The notes beneath the pieces were generated by a model. That model saw only the letters and a program-made list of their open reading frames with translations, was not told the origin of the DNA and ran no database searches. From Nitrospira sp. CG24B (GTDB taxonomy: Bacteria > Nitrospirota > Nitrospiria > Nitrospirales > Nitrospiraceae): DNA of 64,000 nucleotides. Each line of letters starts with the position of its first letter. Position 1 is the stretch's first letter. Shown here piece by piece: positions 27,743 to 37,442 of the stretch. The position numbers and the translations under genes were made by a program. Location: the NCBI GenBank assembly GCA_002869845.2, contig NEWS02000003.1, positions 11,607 through 75,606 of the forward strand, read 5' to 3'.

Positions 27743-28483
27743 TCATGCACACGTCCGGCGGGCCGCACGGAGCAAAGCTTCAAACAGCCGCCGATGGACC
27801 GCATGCCGCTCGAACAAGAATTCGGGGTGCCATTGAATAGCGAGCAGAAATCGATGTGCGGGAGATTCGATCGCTTCGATGATCCCATCGGGTGCCACGG
27901 CACTTGCGCAGAGCGACGGAGCAACTGTCTTGACCGATTGGTGATGGGAACTATTCACCATGAAGGCTTTTCTTCCGACCACCTTATTCAAGAGGCTCTT
28001 AGGTGTCACGGTCACCGGGTGAGCGACATGGATCGCCTTCGCTTTTTGACGATGATCCAACGCACTAGGGACTTGTGCAGGAATGTCCTGATACAGGCTC
28101 CCTCCACAAGCGACATTCACCGTCTGCATCCCTCCACAGATTCCTAGGAGGGGAAGATCCCGCTTCTTTGCCTGAAGAACTAACTCCAGCTCAAAGTTGG
28201 CGCGGCGCTCGCTCACCAGCGGAAACTTGTAGCGCTGCCGCTCTCCATAGAGACTCGGCGGAAGGTCCGGCCCGCTGCCGGTGAGGAGCAACCCATCGAC
28301 ACGGTCAAGAAGCCGTCGCCGGGCAGACGGTTCCGCTACAAGAGGAAGGATCAGAGGAATACCACCGAGTTCTTCAACAGCCCGAATGTAGCGAGCCCGC
28401 AAAAAGTAGGTTGGCTCGTGCCCGCCCATATCCTTCCTGTCACCGGCATTAAAGTCTGGGGTCACGCCAATTACAGGCTTCAT
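27743..28483 (-). CDS. Gamma-glutamyl-gamma-aminobutyrate hydrolase family (peptidase C26)
   Basis: MKPVIG, LGICGGMQ, NSSHHQ, QWHPE; start corrected to ATG 28483. Confidence 0.92.
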   Translation of the reverse strand: MKPVIGVTPDFNAGDRKDMGGHEPTYFLRARYIRAVEELGGIPLILPLVAEPSARRRLLDRVDGLLLTGSGPDLPPSLYGERQRYKFPLVSERRANFELELVLQAKKRDLPLLGICGGMQTVNVACGGSLYQDIPAQVPSALDHRQKAKAIHVAHPVTVTPKSLLNKVVGRKAFMVNSSHHQSVKTVAPSLCASAVAPDGIIEAIESPAHRFLLAIQWHPEFLFERHAVHRRLFEALLRAARRTCA

Positions 28484-28497
28484 ACTCAATGCGCAGG

Positions 28498-28878
28498 CTA
28501 GTTCGTTGGAGCAGGCGCGACGGAGGTTCCTTCGTTTTCGGCACCAACACCGAGAAAACGTACCGGACGATCGCCGCTGAGATGCTCTGGAGTAATGAGG
28601 TAGGTCCCGTACACGCTGGGGACCCAAATACTTTTCGCCGTTGGCTCACTGAATCCCGAAAACACATAGGCGAGACCACCGACGATTCCACCCCCAACAG
28701 CAAATGCTGCTTTAAACGGGAAATACAAGATCGTGGCGGCAGCTGAAGCAGCTCCCATGCCGGCCCCAGAAGCCGTTCCTTGCTGTGAGTCAGCGGACGA
28801 CGACTGACTCCAAGCCGGAGCGACAAGCATCGAACAGTAGGTGATGACAAGAATGAGAACCACGATTGGGAGTCTCAC
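28498..28878 (-). CDS. Hypothetical exported/membrane protein with Gly/Ala-rich hydrophobic hairpin
   Basis: AAGGAGG RBS then GTG 28878; signal peptide ending APAWS; GMGAASAAATILYFPFKAAFAVGGGIVGGL. Confidence 0.7.
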   Translation of the reverse strand: MRLPIVVLILVITYCSMLVAPAWSQSSSADSQQGTASGAGMGAASAAATILYFPFKAAFAVGGGIVGGLAYVFSGFSEPTAKSIWVPSVYGTYLITPEHLSGDRPVRFLGVGAENEGTSVAPAPTN

Positions 28879-28999
28879 GTGAAGCGCCTCCTTCTTTTTC
28901 GCATCCACAACAATGGGATGCATGAACAATCATACACGAGTCCTGGCATGCGTTATAACAAATTCGCCGCTGAATGCAACTCCCGAGGGGATCTCGATC

Positions 29000-29470
29000 T
29001 TAACAGGATGATGACACCGAACGATCAGGGGTCAGATCCAACTCTCCCAAGATGTAAGCGAACACATAGTCTGCACGATTATTGGCCTCTTGATCTAATT
29101 CAATGGACAACTCATCAACTTGGATTCGCTGATTTTCTTGGACCACACCCGCTTGCAGTCTTAGATCCAGCTTGCACCAGCAAACCGCTTGTGCAAAACA
29201 ATCCGCTATACGCTCTTGATAGTGAGGACGCTCTTGGGGATCGAGTGCCATCACACTCTTCGCCAATCGATCAGCAAGACGCATCTTCTGTCGAAGAACC
29301 AAGAGCTGGTCGGTGCCAATTTCAACAGAGACCTGGATACCCGCTTTCCAACTCCGCTTTTTCACGTTGAACACACAGGCCAGCACATCGGGGCGCCCCT
29401 CGACTGGCTCAGGCCCGAAGAAAAGCGTGACTCGATAAGACGGAACGTCTCGATGTGATTCTGGAACCAT
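29000..29470 (-). CDS. Hypothetical protein
   Basis: 156-aa ORF with protein-like composition, divergent from the M24 peptidase. Confidence 0.65.
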   Translation of the reverse strand: MVPESHRDVPSYRVTLFFGPEPVEGRPDVLACVFNVKKRSWKAGIQVSVEIGTDQLLVLRQKMRLADRLAKSVMALDPQERPHYQERIADCFAQAVCWCKLDLRLQAGVVQENQRIQVDELSIELDQEANNRADYVFAYILGELDLTPDRSVSSSC

Positions 29471-29551
29471 GGGACGTCATTGTACCATGATTCACATAAA
29501 GACCCGGGGCTCGATTGACGCACCTGTACCCCGAGGATAAGATGGAAACCT

Positions 29552-30754
29552 ATGAGCGACGTTGCCCACCAAACGCGGATCGCTGAGATCCAAGACGCAC
29601 TCGGAGACATGGGCTCCGTTGATGGATGGCTTTTCTACGACTTTCGCGGCAGCGACCCATTAGCCTATCGGGTCTTGCTCCTTGATCCAACCCAACATGT
29701 CACTCGGCGCTGGTACTATTGGATCCCCTCGTCTGGGGAACCGGTTAAACTCCTTCACAGGATTGAACCATATGTGCTGGATGAGCTACCCGGTCAGGTC
29801 CAGCAGTACGTGTCATGGAAACAGCAACGTTCGCTGTTGACCTCGCTGCTACAAGGTCGACGGCGAATCGCCATGCAGTATTCACCGTTCAACGCCGTTC
29901 CGTATCTGTCCAGAGTGGATGCCGGCACCGTTGAGCTGATCAGAAGTTTTGGGCTTGAGGTGGTCACATCAGCCGATCTCGTCCAACGATTCGAGGCAGT
30001 CTGGACAGATGAACAACTGGAATCCCATCGGTACGCCGTGACGGCGCTCAGAAACATCGTCGATGAGGCCTTCGCCCATGTGGCATCTTGTGTCACTAAC
30101 GAACGTCGGTTATCCGAGTATGATCTGCAGCAGTTCATTCTCTCACGTATTCGCGATGCGGGCATGACCACATCCAGCGCTCCAATTGCAGCTGTTGATG
30201 CCCACAGCGCCGATCCTCACTATGGGCCGACTGAGTCAAACCCCTCACTCATCACTCGAGACAATTTAGTTCTGATCGACCTCTGGGCGAAACAAACAGC
30301 CCCAGGATCGGTCTATGGGGATATCACGTGGACAGGCTATACCGGCACAGAAGCACCAGCAAAACAGCGCATGATCTTTGAGCATGTTCGACGCGGACGT
30401 GATGCGGCACTGTCGTTTGTTCAGGATCGGGTGGCTACCGGCCGATTTCCTTGTGGATGGGAGGTTGATGACGTCTGCCGTAATCCGATTCGAGCGGCAG
30501 GCTACGGCGACTTCTTCATTCATCGAACCGGCCACTCGATCGGGGAAGAAGTCCATGGTAATGGAGCCAATATCGACAACCTGGAAACTCAAGATAGTCG
30601 TCGGCTTCTGCCGAGAACCTGCTTTTCTATCGAGCCGGGGATCTACCTGCCGGGAGAGTTTGGGATCAGGAGTGAGCTTGACGTCTACATATCGGATCGA
30701 GAAGCCGTGGTACACGGCCTACCACTTCAAACCGAAATCGTGCCTCTGCTCTGA
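29552..30754 (+). CDS. M24 family (Xaa-Pro) peptidase
   Basis: PHY, IDLWA, GDIT, HRTGHSIG..VH, EPGIY, RSE. Confidence 0.92.
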   Translation: MSDVAHQTRIAEIQDALGDMGSVDGWLFYDFRGSDPLAYRVLLLDPTQHVTRRWYYWIPSSGEPVKLLHRIEPYVLDELPGQVQQYVSWKQQRSLLTSLLQGRRRIAMQYSPFNAVPYLSRVDAGTVELIRSFGLEVVTSADLVQRFEAVWTDEQLESHRYAVTALRNIVDEAFAHVASCVTNERRLSEYDLQQFILSRIRDAGMTTSSAPIAAVDAHSADPHYGPTESNPSLITRDNLVLIDLWAKQTAPGSVYGDITWTGYTGTEAPAKQRMIFEHVRRGRDAALSFVQDRVATGRFPCGWEVDDVCRNPIRAAGYGDFFIHRTGHSIGEEVHGNGANIDNLETQDSRRLLPRTCFSIEPGIYLPGEFGIRSELDVYISDREAVVHGLPLQTEIVPLL

Positions 30755-30864
30755 CATTTCCGTCTGATCGTTCTGCTCCGACCCTTTCTTGACACCATGT
30801 CCGAGGGGCGGCTAGATTCAGTCATCCAGCAAGGGCACTCTCCGGATCACATGCGAGGCCGTGC

Positions 30865-31656
30865 ATGTTCGGCACAATGGGTTTCTCTGAACTCATTCTC
30901 ATTCTGGTCATCGTGCTCATCATTTTCGGCGCGGGCCGTCTGCCGCAGATCGGCGAGGGTGTCGGCAAGGCATTGAAAGGCTTTCGAAAAGAAGTCACCG
31001 ACGTGCCCCAACCAGCTTCAGACCAGGTCCAACAAGAAGCCGGGCAACCACAGGCAATTCAGACTCCGGCAAGTATCCCAGCAACAGTTCCACCACCGGC
31101 CACAGGATCATCGTCAGCAACAACGAGGCCGCACGCTCCCTATGTCCCTGGTCCAGAAATGACACCCGGCACCACGGCTTCATTGCTCTACAACACCAGC
31201 CTTCAAACCCCGCGACCATCGGCTCCTTTCACGAATCAAGCATCGGCGTCTGCCGCCAGCCCCGTGCTATCGATGGAGGAGCGGGCTGCAGCTCCCCCTC
31301 CAAGGGCTCACACGTCGTATCCACCGTTGCCAGCTGGTTCTCAGGCAAAACCGACCGCCAAACGTCCTTCCGCTATTGTGAACAAAGATGCGGTGGCCCG
31401 CGTACAGGCGCAACAGGCAGCGCTCAAAGCTACACAATCAGCAGCGGTATCGCCTGACGACCTGCAGCATCTCGGTGAAGGCCTCGGAGAGGTCGTGCGA
31501 ACGTTCCGGCAAGCGGCGACCGACGTGCGAAACAGTGTGGACCCTCAAATGCGAACGATCCAAGCCGAAATGGATGCGGCCCAAAAAGAAATCCAGCAAT
31601 CCATCGAAGCCGCTAAAGAATTACCGCCGCAAGAAGATCCCCACAAATCTGCGTGA
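30865..31656 (+). CDS. tatA: Long TatA/TatB-family twin-arginine translocase subunit
   Basis: [38 protein letters not shown]; Pro-rich linker; second amphipathic helix at the C-terminus. Confidence 0.8.
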   Translation: MFGTMGFSELILILVIVLIIFGAGRLPQIGEGVGKALKGFRKEVTDVPQPASDQVQQEAGQPQAIQTPASIPATVPPPATGSSSATTRPHAPYVPGPEMTPGTTASLLYNTSLQTPRPSAPFTNQASASAASPVLSMEERAAAPPPRAHTSYPPLPAGSQAKPTAKRPSAIVNKDAVARVQAQQAALKATQSAAVSPDDLQHLGEGLGEVVRTFRQAATDVRNSVDPQMRTIQAEMDAAQKEIQQSIEAAKELPPQEDPHKSA

Positions 31657-32031
31657 CCCTCATCCATAGAGCCTCCCCATAGTTCGCTCACATTCTTGCC
31701 GACTGATGTATGCCCTCTTCGCACCACTGACATGAGGGATCGCTATCGCTGTAGGCGTTACCAAAAGACTCCAGCACCCGCCCTGACGTGACCCTTGAAC
31801 AGGCTCAGTCGAATAGTTAATGAGCCATCGATGTTTTAGAGAAAACGAGGGTTGGTCAGAGAGTGCTACATCTACTGGATCGGCTATGGAATGAGGCGGT
31901 CAGTTGCTTTGTTCTGGCAGGAGATGCCTACGGGCTTGGGGGAAGAGATCCATATCGAAAAATCGCACCCGTTCGCCGGTAGAACGATAGTCTGGACGTT
32001 ACATGCTGATTCGGAAAAGCTTGCTTGTTAC

Positions 32032-32550
32032 TCAGGAGGGATTTCGACTTCGATTCAGGGCCTCAACCAGTCCAACCAATTCCTCTTGTACCGTCTTCTC
32101 CAACTCCACAAACTGGATGCCCATGCCTGGAAATAGAAGGTATCGCTCCGGCTTGTTGCGAACCCAGGCAACCTTCGCCTTCGCTTTCAGCTTGTCCCAC
32201 GGCCGATCTGGCAGCGCAAATTCGACCGTCAACTCGGTGCCCGGACTGAGGGGGGCACCACTCTCGATAAAGAGCCCACCGCCGCCAATTCCCCCGGTGA
32301 GACTATCGAACTGCTTTCCTTCTGGCGTCGTACACCGGACCTTCAGGGCGAGAGGCGCACGGGGCTGCGCGCGACAATGGGCAAACCGGCTATCTTCACC
32401 ACTGACAACCACGTGCTCGATGATTGCACCCCATGACATGCTACCCAATAACTGGCCAGAGGTGTCGTGTACGTTGATCGTCTCCCGCCCAGAATCAATA
32501 GCGAGAGACTTCCCTCGATGCCCCGTAGTGGAAACGACAGGAAACGTCAT
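32032..32550 (-). CDS. PilZ-domain protein (TIGR02266-like), paralog 1
   Basis: RAQPR (RxxxR), GGLFIESGAPLSPGT, AKVAWVR, PGMGIQF. Confidence 0.88.
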   Translation of the reverse strand: MTFPVVSTTGHRGKSLAIDSGRETINVHDTSGQLLGSMSWGAIIEHVVVSGEDSRFAHCRAQPRAPLALKVRCTTPEGKQFDSLTGGIGGGGLFIESGAPLSPGTELTVEFALPDRPWDKLKAKAKVAWVRNKPERYLLFPGMGIQFVELEKTVQEELVGLVEALNRSRNPS

Positions 32551-32588
32551 AACATCCCTTTTCCGGGTGGCGTAAGCCAGGAGTGGAA

Positions 32589-33116
32589 TTATGCTGCGTG
32601 CCCCATGTTCTGAGATGATTTCACCAGCTCATGGATTTTTTCGCGTATACACTCCGCTATTTCCGTGAACCGGATCCCCATTCCAGGACTAAATGTATAT
32701 TGATCAGCCTTTGGACAAACCCAAGCAACGGTTCCTTTTGCCGGCATCCATTCTTCGGATTTCTCTGAAAACGAGAACTCCATCGCCAGTCTAGTTCCTA
32801 CAGGGAGAGGAGTCTGGCTTTCGATAAATAATCCTCCACCGCCAATACCACCTGCGCGACTCTCACATCGTGGTCCTTCTGGGCTATTGTAGCGCACACG
32901 AAACGCGAGCGAAATCCGAGGCTCTGACCGGACTTCTTTTTGAGCCCCCACAACATCCACCTTGCGGTAGGCGAGTATTTGATCAATGACGAAGTCCCAG
33001 GACAGGGAGCCAATTGCCTCCCCCTTAACACCCAACAAGACAACCATTTCACGGGCCGCGTCAAGTTCAATGGCTTTGCCTTTATGACGAAGACTCAAAG
33101 AAACAGGGTATTTCAC
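32589..33116 (-). CDS. PilZ-domain protein (TIGR02266-like), paralog 2
   Basis: RSEPR, GGLFIESQTPLPVGT, GTVAWV, PGMGIRF; GTG start after a GGAGGG RBS. Confidence 0.88.
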   Translation of the reverse strand: MKYPVSLSLRHKGKAIELDAAREMVVLLGVKGEAIGSLSWDFVIDQILAYRKVDVVGAQKEVRSEPRISLAFRVRYNSPEGPRCESRAGGIGGGGLFIESQTPLPVGTRLAMEFSFSEKSEEWMPAKGTVAWVCPKADQYTFSPGMGIRFTEIAECIREKIHELVKSSQNMGHAA

Positions 33117-33219
33117 AGTCCCTCCATCGGAAGCACGCACGAGGCAAGTATAGCGCGGCGTTTCTGATTGTCGAGGAAAACGAGTGGGTTAGGAGAAGCG
33201 AGGGAAGGAGCTAACGGCC

Positions 33220-33248
33220 AGAGGGGGGAATATCAATTTCCCCCCTCT
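33220..33248. terminator. Hairpin downstream of clpX
   Basis: Perfect 11-bp inverted repeat AGAGGGGGGAA / TTCCCCCCTCT; no clear U-tract. Confidence 0.5.
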
Positions 33249-33297
33249 ACGAATTATTAGCTAGACTTATCAATCAAGAGTAGAAATCTTCCAGTTT

Positions 33298-34554
33298 TTA
33301 TGCGGTCTTAGCGTCTTTTTCCTGTTCAAATATGCGCATCGGTGGGTTTTTTCCCAAGATTGCATCTTCCGTAATCACCACTTCTACGATCTGTTTCTGA
33401 GAGGGAGCATCATACATGATGTCAAGCATCACTTCTTCCAGGATAGCCCGAAGGCCTCTGGCCCCAGTCTTCTGCGCATAGGCTTTACGCGCTAGGGCCC
33501 CCAACGCCGCTTCAGTGAATCGGAGCTTGACCTTTTCGAACGATAACAGCTTCTCGTACTGCTTGGTCAACGCATTGCGCGGCTCAGTCAGGATACGGAT
33601 CAAGGCTCGCTCGTCCAACTCCTCTAACGTGGCAACGACGGGTAATCGCCCCACGAATTCCGGTATCAGACCGTACTTCAGAAAATCCTCTGGCTGTACC
33701 TTAGACAGCAGATCCCCCAAACGAATGTCGCTCTTTCCTCGGATTTCAGCTCCAAATCCCATGGATTTTCGATTCAGACGCTGTTCGATGATCTGTTCTA
33801 AACCGACAAACGCTCCACCACAGATAAACAAAATGTTACTGGTATTGACTTGAATAAATTCCTGATGCGGATGCTTTCTTCCTCCCTGCGGTGGGACATT
33901 CGCGACCGTGCCTTCGATCAATTTCAGTAGGGCTTGTTGAACACCCTCGCCAGACACATCACGCGTAATAGACGGGCTATCGCTCTTCCGGCTGATCTTA
34001 TCGATTTCATCGATGTACACAATTCCGCGCTCAGCCCGCTCCACATCGTAATCCGCAGCTTGCAGGAGCTTCAGAATGATATTCTCGACATCTTCCCCCA
34101 CATAACCCGCTTCGGTCAGCGTCGTGGCATCAGCCAGGGTAAACGGGACGTCAAGATATTTGGCCAAGGTCTGGGCCAAGAGGGTCTTCCCCGTGCCGGT
34201 CGGACCCACCATGAGGATATTGCCCTTTTGGAGCTCGATATCATCAACCTCTTTTTCCTTTGAGGAGATGCGCTTGTAATGATTGTGTACGGCCACAGAG
34301 AGAATGCGTTTAGCCCGCTCCTGCCCGATGACATATTGATCGAGGTGATGCTTGATCTCCGCTGGTTTCTTGAGTTTAGACGAAATTTCTTCTTTGGCTT
34401 CTTCCCAGTCCTCCGCAATGATGTCATTACAAAGATTGACGCACTCATCACAGATATACACCGTTGGTCCGGCGATGAGTTTTCTCACCTCATCACGGCT
34501 TTTCCCACAGAAAGAACAGCGCAAGTGTCGATCCATCTTTTCCTGCTTGGCCAT
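33298..34554 (-). CDS. clpX: ATP-dependent Clp protease ATP-binding subunit ClpX
   Basis: CSFC Zn finger, [17 protein letters not shown]-type loop (MGF), GARGLR. Confidence 0.99.
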   Translation of the reverse strand: MAKQEKMDRHLRCSFCGKSRDEVRKLIAGPTVYICDECVNLCNDIIAEDWEEAKEEISSKLKKPAEIKHHLDQYVIGQERAKRILSVAVHNHYKRISSKEKEVDDIELQKGNILMVGPTGTGKTLLAQTLAKYLDVPFTLADATTLTEAGYVGEDVENIILKLLQAADYDVERAERGIVYIDEIDKISRKSDSPSITRDVSGEGVQQALLKLIEGTVANVPPQGGRKHPHQEFIQVNTSNILFICGGAFVGLEQIIEQRLNRKSMGFGAEIRGKSDIRLGDLLSKVQPEDFLKYGLIPEFVGRLPVVATLEELDERALIRILTEPRNALTKQYEKLLSFEKVKLRFTEAALGALARKAYAQKTGARGLRAILEEVMLDIMYDAPSQKQIVEVVITEDAILGKNPPMRIFEQEKDAKTA

Positions 34555-34567
34555 GCACCCTCCTGCG

Positions 34568-35194
34568 TTACTTACCTTTGATCCCGTCGCCGGATTCTAC
34601 GGCTTTCATAAGTTTGGGTGGTCGTGTGATGACCTCGTCTATGAGGCCGTACCGCTTCGCTTCTTCGCCGGACATGAAATAGTCCCGTTCCGTGTCATGC
34701 GCAATCTTCTCAATCGACTGGCCAGTGTGTTTAGCCATGATTTCATTCAGGCGTTCACGAATCTTGAGAATTTCCCTGGCATGGATGTCTATTTCCGTCG
34801 CTTGTCCTTGGAACCCACCCAACGGTTGATGAATCATCACCCGAGCATTGGGCAGGGAAAACCGCTTGCCTTTTGTTCCGGCGGTCAACAGGAGCGCACC
34901 CATACTGGCAGCCTGACCAAGGCAGATGGTGTTGATCGGGGGCTTCACATATTGCATGGTATCGTAGATGCCCAATCCGGCAGTCACACTGCCTCCCGGC
35001 GAGTTGACGTAGAGATTAATATCTTTCTCGGGATCTTCCGCTTCAAGAAAGAGCAGCTGCGCAATCACCAAGTTGGCAAACACATCGTCGATTGGGGCTC
35101 CAAGAAAAATGATGCGATCTTTGAGAAGGCGTGAGTAGATGTCATAGGCTCGTTCGCCTCGATTGGTTTGTTCGACTACGATCGGAACCAACAT
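34568..35194 (-). CDS. clpP: ATP-dependent Clp protease proteolytic subunit
   Basis: [22 protein letters not shown]. Confidence 0.99.
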   Translation of the reverse strand: MLVPIVVEQTNRGERAYDIYSRLLKDRIIFLGAPIDDVFANLVIAQLLFLEAEDPEKDINLYVNSPGGSVTAGLGIYDTMQYVKPPINTICLGQAASMGALLLTAGTKGKRFSLPNARVMIHQPLGGFQGQATEIDIHAREILKIRERLNEIMAKHTGQSIEKIAHDTERDYFMSGEEAKRYGLIDEVITRPPKLMKAVESGDGIKGK

Positions 35195-35244
35195 ATTGTT
35201 CAATTCCTTTCCCGGGCAACTCCGTACCCAACAACCGCCACCGC

Positions 35245-36561
35245 CTATCCTTGAATGACCGCTTGACGATAGACAATATCCAGCGCCTTATCGGCCAAGA
35301 TCCTCGCTCGTAATTCCTCAACTGAATCCTGGCCACCTGCCTGGATCATTTTCACGAGATCGGCCATCGGTACCCTGAGCTCCGTGGCCAGTCGAGTCAC
35401 TTCATTGTTCAAATCGTCCTGGCTCACCGACAAGCCTTCTTTCTCCGCGATGGCCTCAAGAATCAGCCCTGCTTTCACGCGACGATTTGCCTCCTCACGG
35501 TGCTCTTCGCGAATCTTCTTCAATTCTTCCGCATCTGGCGCAGGAGGAGAATCGGTGACGTTGCCACGCTGTCGTGCTTGTAATTTCTGCTGCACAATCG
35601 TGCTGAGCTCTCGTTCTACAAGTGTATCAGGGAGATCAAAATGATGGGTCTCGATAAGGCGTTTGAGAAGAGTATCTTTGTAGGACTCCTCAATATCCCT
35701 CTTGAGCGCCTTTTCCATTTGGCCACGCAACTTGTCCCTTAACTCGTGGAGCGACGCGTATGGTCCGCAGTCCTTGGCGAACTCATCGTCAAGGGTAGGG
35801 AGCTTTTTCTGTTTAACTCCCTTTATGACGAGGCGGAAGCTGACAGCTTTTCCCGCAACCCGTTGATCCGGATGGCTCACCGGATAGGTCTGAGGAATTT
35901 CTACCATATCCCCTGCCTGTCTTCCGATCAGATGAGCGTCGATTTCAATCCCCAGCAAAGCGGCTTTTGATCCCACTTTATGGAGCTGGCCTTCCTTCTT
36001 TGTACCTTCGAGAGGAACACCATCCAGAAATCCTTCGAGATCGACGATGGCATAATCCCCTTCGGATAAAACCGTACCAGCTTGAGCCTCGTCCAGCCGA
36101 GCCTGTTGTTCACGCAACACTTCCAGAGCACGGTCTATCTGTTCCTCTGCAACCGTGCGCTTGTCGGCCTGAAGCGAAATGGGACTGGGGGACTTATAGT
36201 CGCGAAGTTCGATTGTCGGTTTGATTTCGACGGTCGCCGTGAACGTAAATGGGGCGTCTTTTTGGATTTTGACCCGATCCAGAGGGGGAATATCCACCAC
36301 TACTGGACTAATCCCGGCCTGTTTGATGGCCCGACCATAGAAATCCGGCACAAGCTTTCGAATGACATCTTCTTCGATTGTTTTGGCATAACGCTTTTCT
36401 AAAATAGCCACCGGGGCTTTCCCTGGTCGAAACCCTGGAATCTGAACCTGACGGTTGAGTTCCAAATAGGCTCGTGAAAATTGTTGCGCCACCTCATCGG
36501 CCGGCACCTCAATTTTCAAGGCGCGTTTCATCGGTCCTAACTCAGTCACTTCCATCTTCAT
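35245..36561 (-). CDS. tig: Trigger factor
   Basis: [10 protein letters not shown] signature, FKBP-like middle domain; upstream of clpP. Confidence 0.96.
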   Translation of the reverse strand: MKMEVTELGPMKRALKIEVPADEVAQQFSRAYLELNRQVQIPGFRPGKAPVAILEKRYAKTIEEDVIRKLVPDFYGRAIKQAGISPVVVDIPPLDRVKIQKDAPFTFTATVEIKPTIELRDYKSPSPISLQADKRTVAEEQIDRALEVLREQQARLDEAQAGTVLSEGDYAIVDLEGFLDGVPLEGTKKEGQLHKVGSKAALLGIEIDAHLIGRQAGDMVEIPQTYPVSHPDQRVAGKAVSFRLVIKGVKQKKLPTLDDEFAKDCGPYASLHELRDKLRGQMEKALKRDIEESYKDTLLKRLIETHHFDLPDTLVERELSTIVQQKLQARQRGNVTDSPPAPDAEELKKIREEHREEANRRVKAGLILEAIAEKEGLSVSQDDLNNEVTRLATELRVPMADLVKMIQAGGQDSVEELRARILADKALDIVYRQAVIQG

Positions 36562-36602
36562 CGTCGAAATGGGACTCCCTACTCCATAAGTGTTTGTCAT
36601 AG

Positions 36603-36685
36603 TGGTGCGAGAGGGGGGACTTGAACCCCCACGGTTGCCCACGAGATCCTAAGTCTCGCGCGTCTGCCAGTTCCGCCACTCTCGC
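36603..36685 (-). tRNA. tRNA-Leu(TAG)
   Basis: CGAGA-CT-TAG-GA-TCTCG anticodon arm, GGTTCAAGTCC, CCA; upstream of tig. Confidence 0.97.
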
Positions 36686-36778
36686 ATGGTAGAGGATACC
36701 GCAGAGCTGCCACTCCATAACTATAGATTAACTAACCAAGAGTGGCTAAGACTGCAAAAACACGCGATGTCGTATAGC

Positions 36779-36807
36779 GTTGTACCGTTGGACACCTGTA
36801 ATGTCAA
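36779..36807 (-). promoter_or_regulatory. Sigma70 promoter for tRNA-Leu(TAG)-tig
   Basis: TTGACA-N17-TACAAC. Confidence 0.7.
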
Positions 36808-37048
36808 CCCATACGACCGAGGGTACCCTACTCCTCTGTATGGATGGTCCAGCTTGGCTATTTGCCGATCTACTCTATCCCCGTTACTCACCGAAAACTT
36901 CACCCATACATTCACTGTGGTACACCGCAAGGCGACCGCCCTGCTACCCCGGCTGCCTCCTCATTTTGAATTGCATCGACCAGGGCCGATCACCTTGCTG
37001 GTCATGAACACGCATGCTAAGATGCTCTCCCTTTACACTTCTCGATGC

Positions 37049-37138
<90 letters not shown>

Positions 37139-37245
37139 TACCGCATTTTGTGTGGACCGCCTGCTCTTTATCGCTGTATCGTAATTTCCGTGGGCGGATA
37201 GACACCTGAAGCTTGGGCTGGGCTGGAGGGTCTCGATCGAGAATA

Positions 37246-37346
37246 GGGGCTGGGCCCTGTGCAATAGAACCCTGTGAACCCCGCCAGATCCGGAAGGAAG
37301 CAACGGTAAGCAGTCAGTTCTATGTGCCGCAGGATCACCTAGCCCC
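37246..37346 (+). ncRNA. ffs: Signal recognition particle RNA (small bacterial type)
   Basis: Domain IV core CCAGATCCGGAAGGAAGCAACGG; terminal stem GGGGCTGGG / CCTAGCCCC; classic tRNA-Ser-ffs-dnaX-ybaB-recR synteny. Confidence 0.92.
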
Positions 37347-37442
37347 ACTCACTATCGAAAAACTTGGCGTATGTTAGGAACATCCTGGCGTCCCTGAATT
37401 TCTGGTTTTCTTAAGACTTAATGTAGGGGAGCACCGCGACAA

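Noticed and set aside
37139-37245. Alu-domain (large, Bacillus-type) SRP RNA extension
   Set aside because: No recognisable Alu consensus; the small SRP closes on its own terminal stem.
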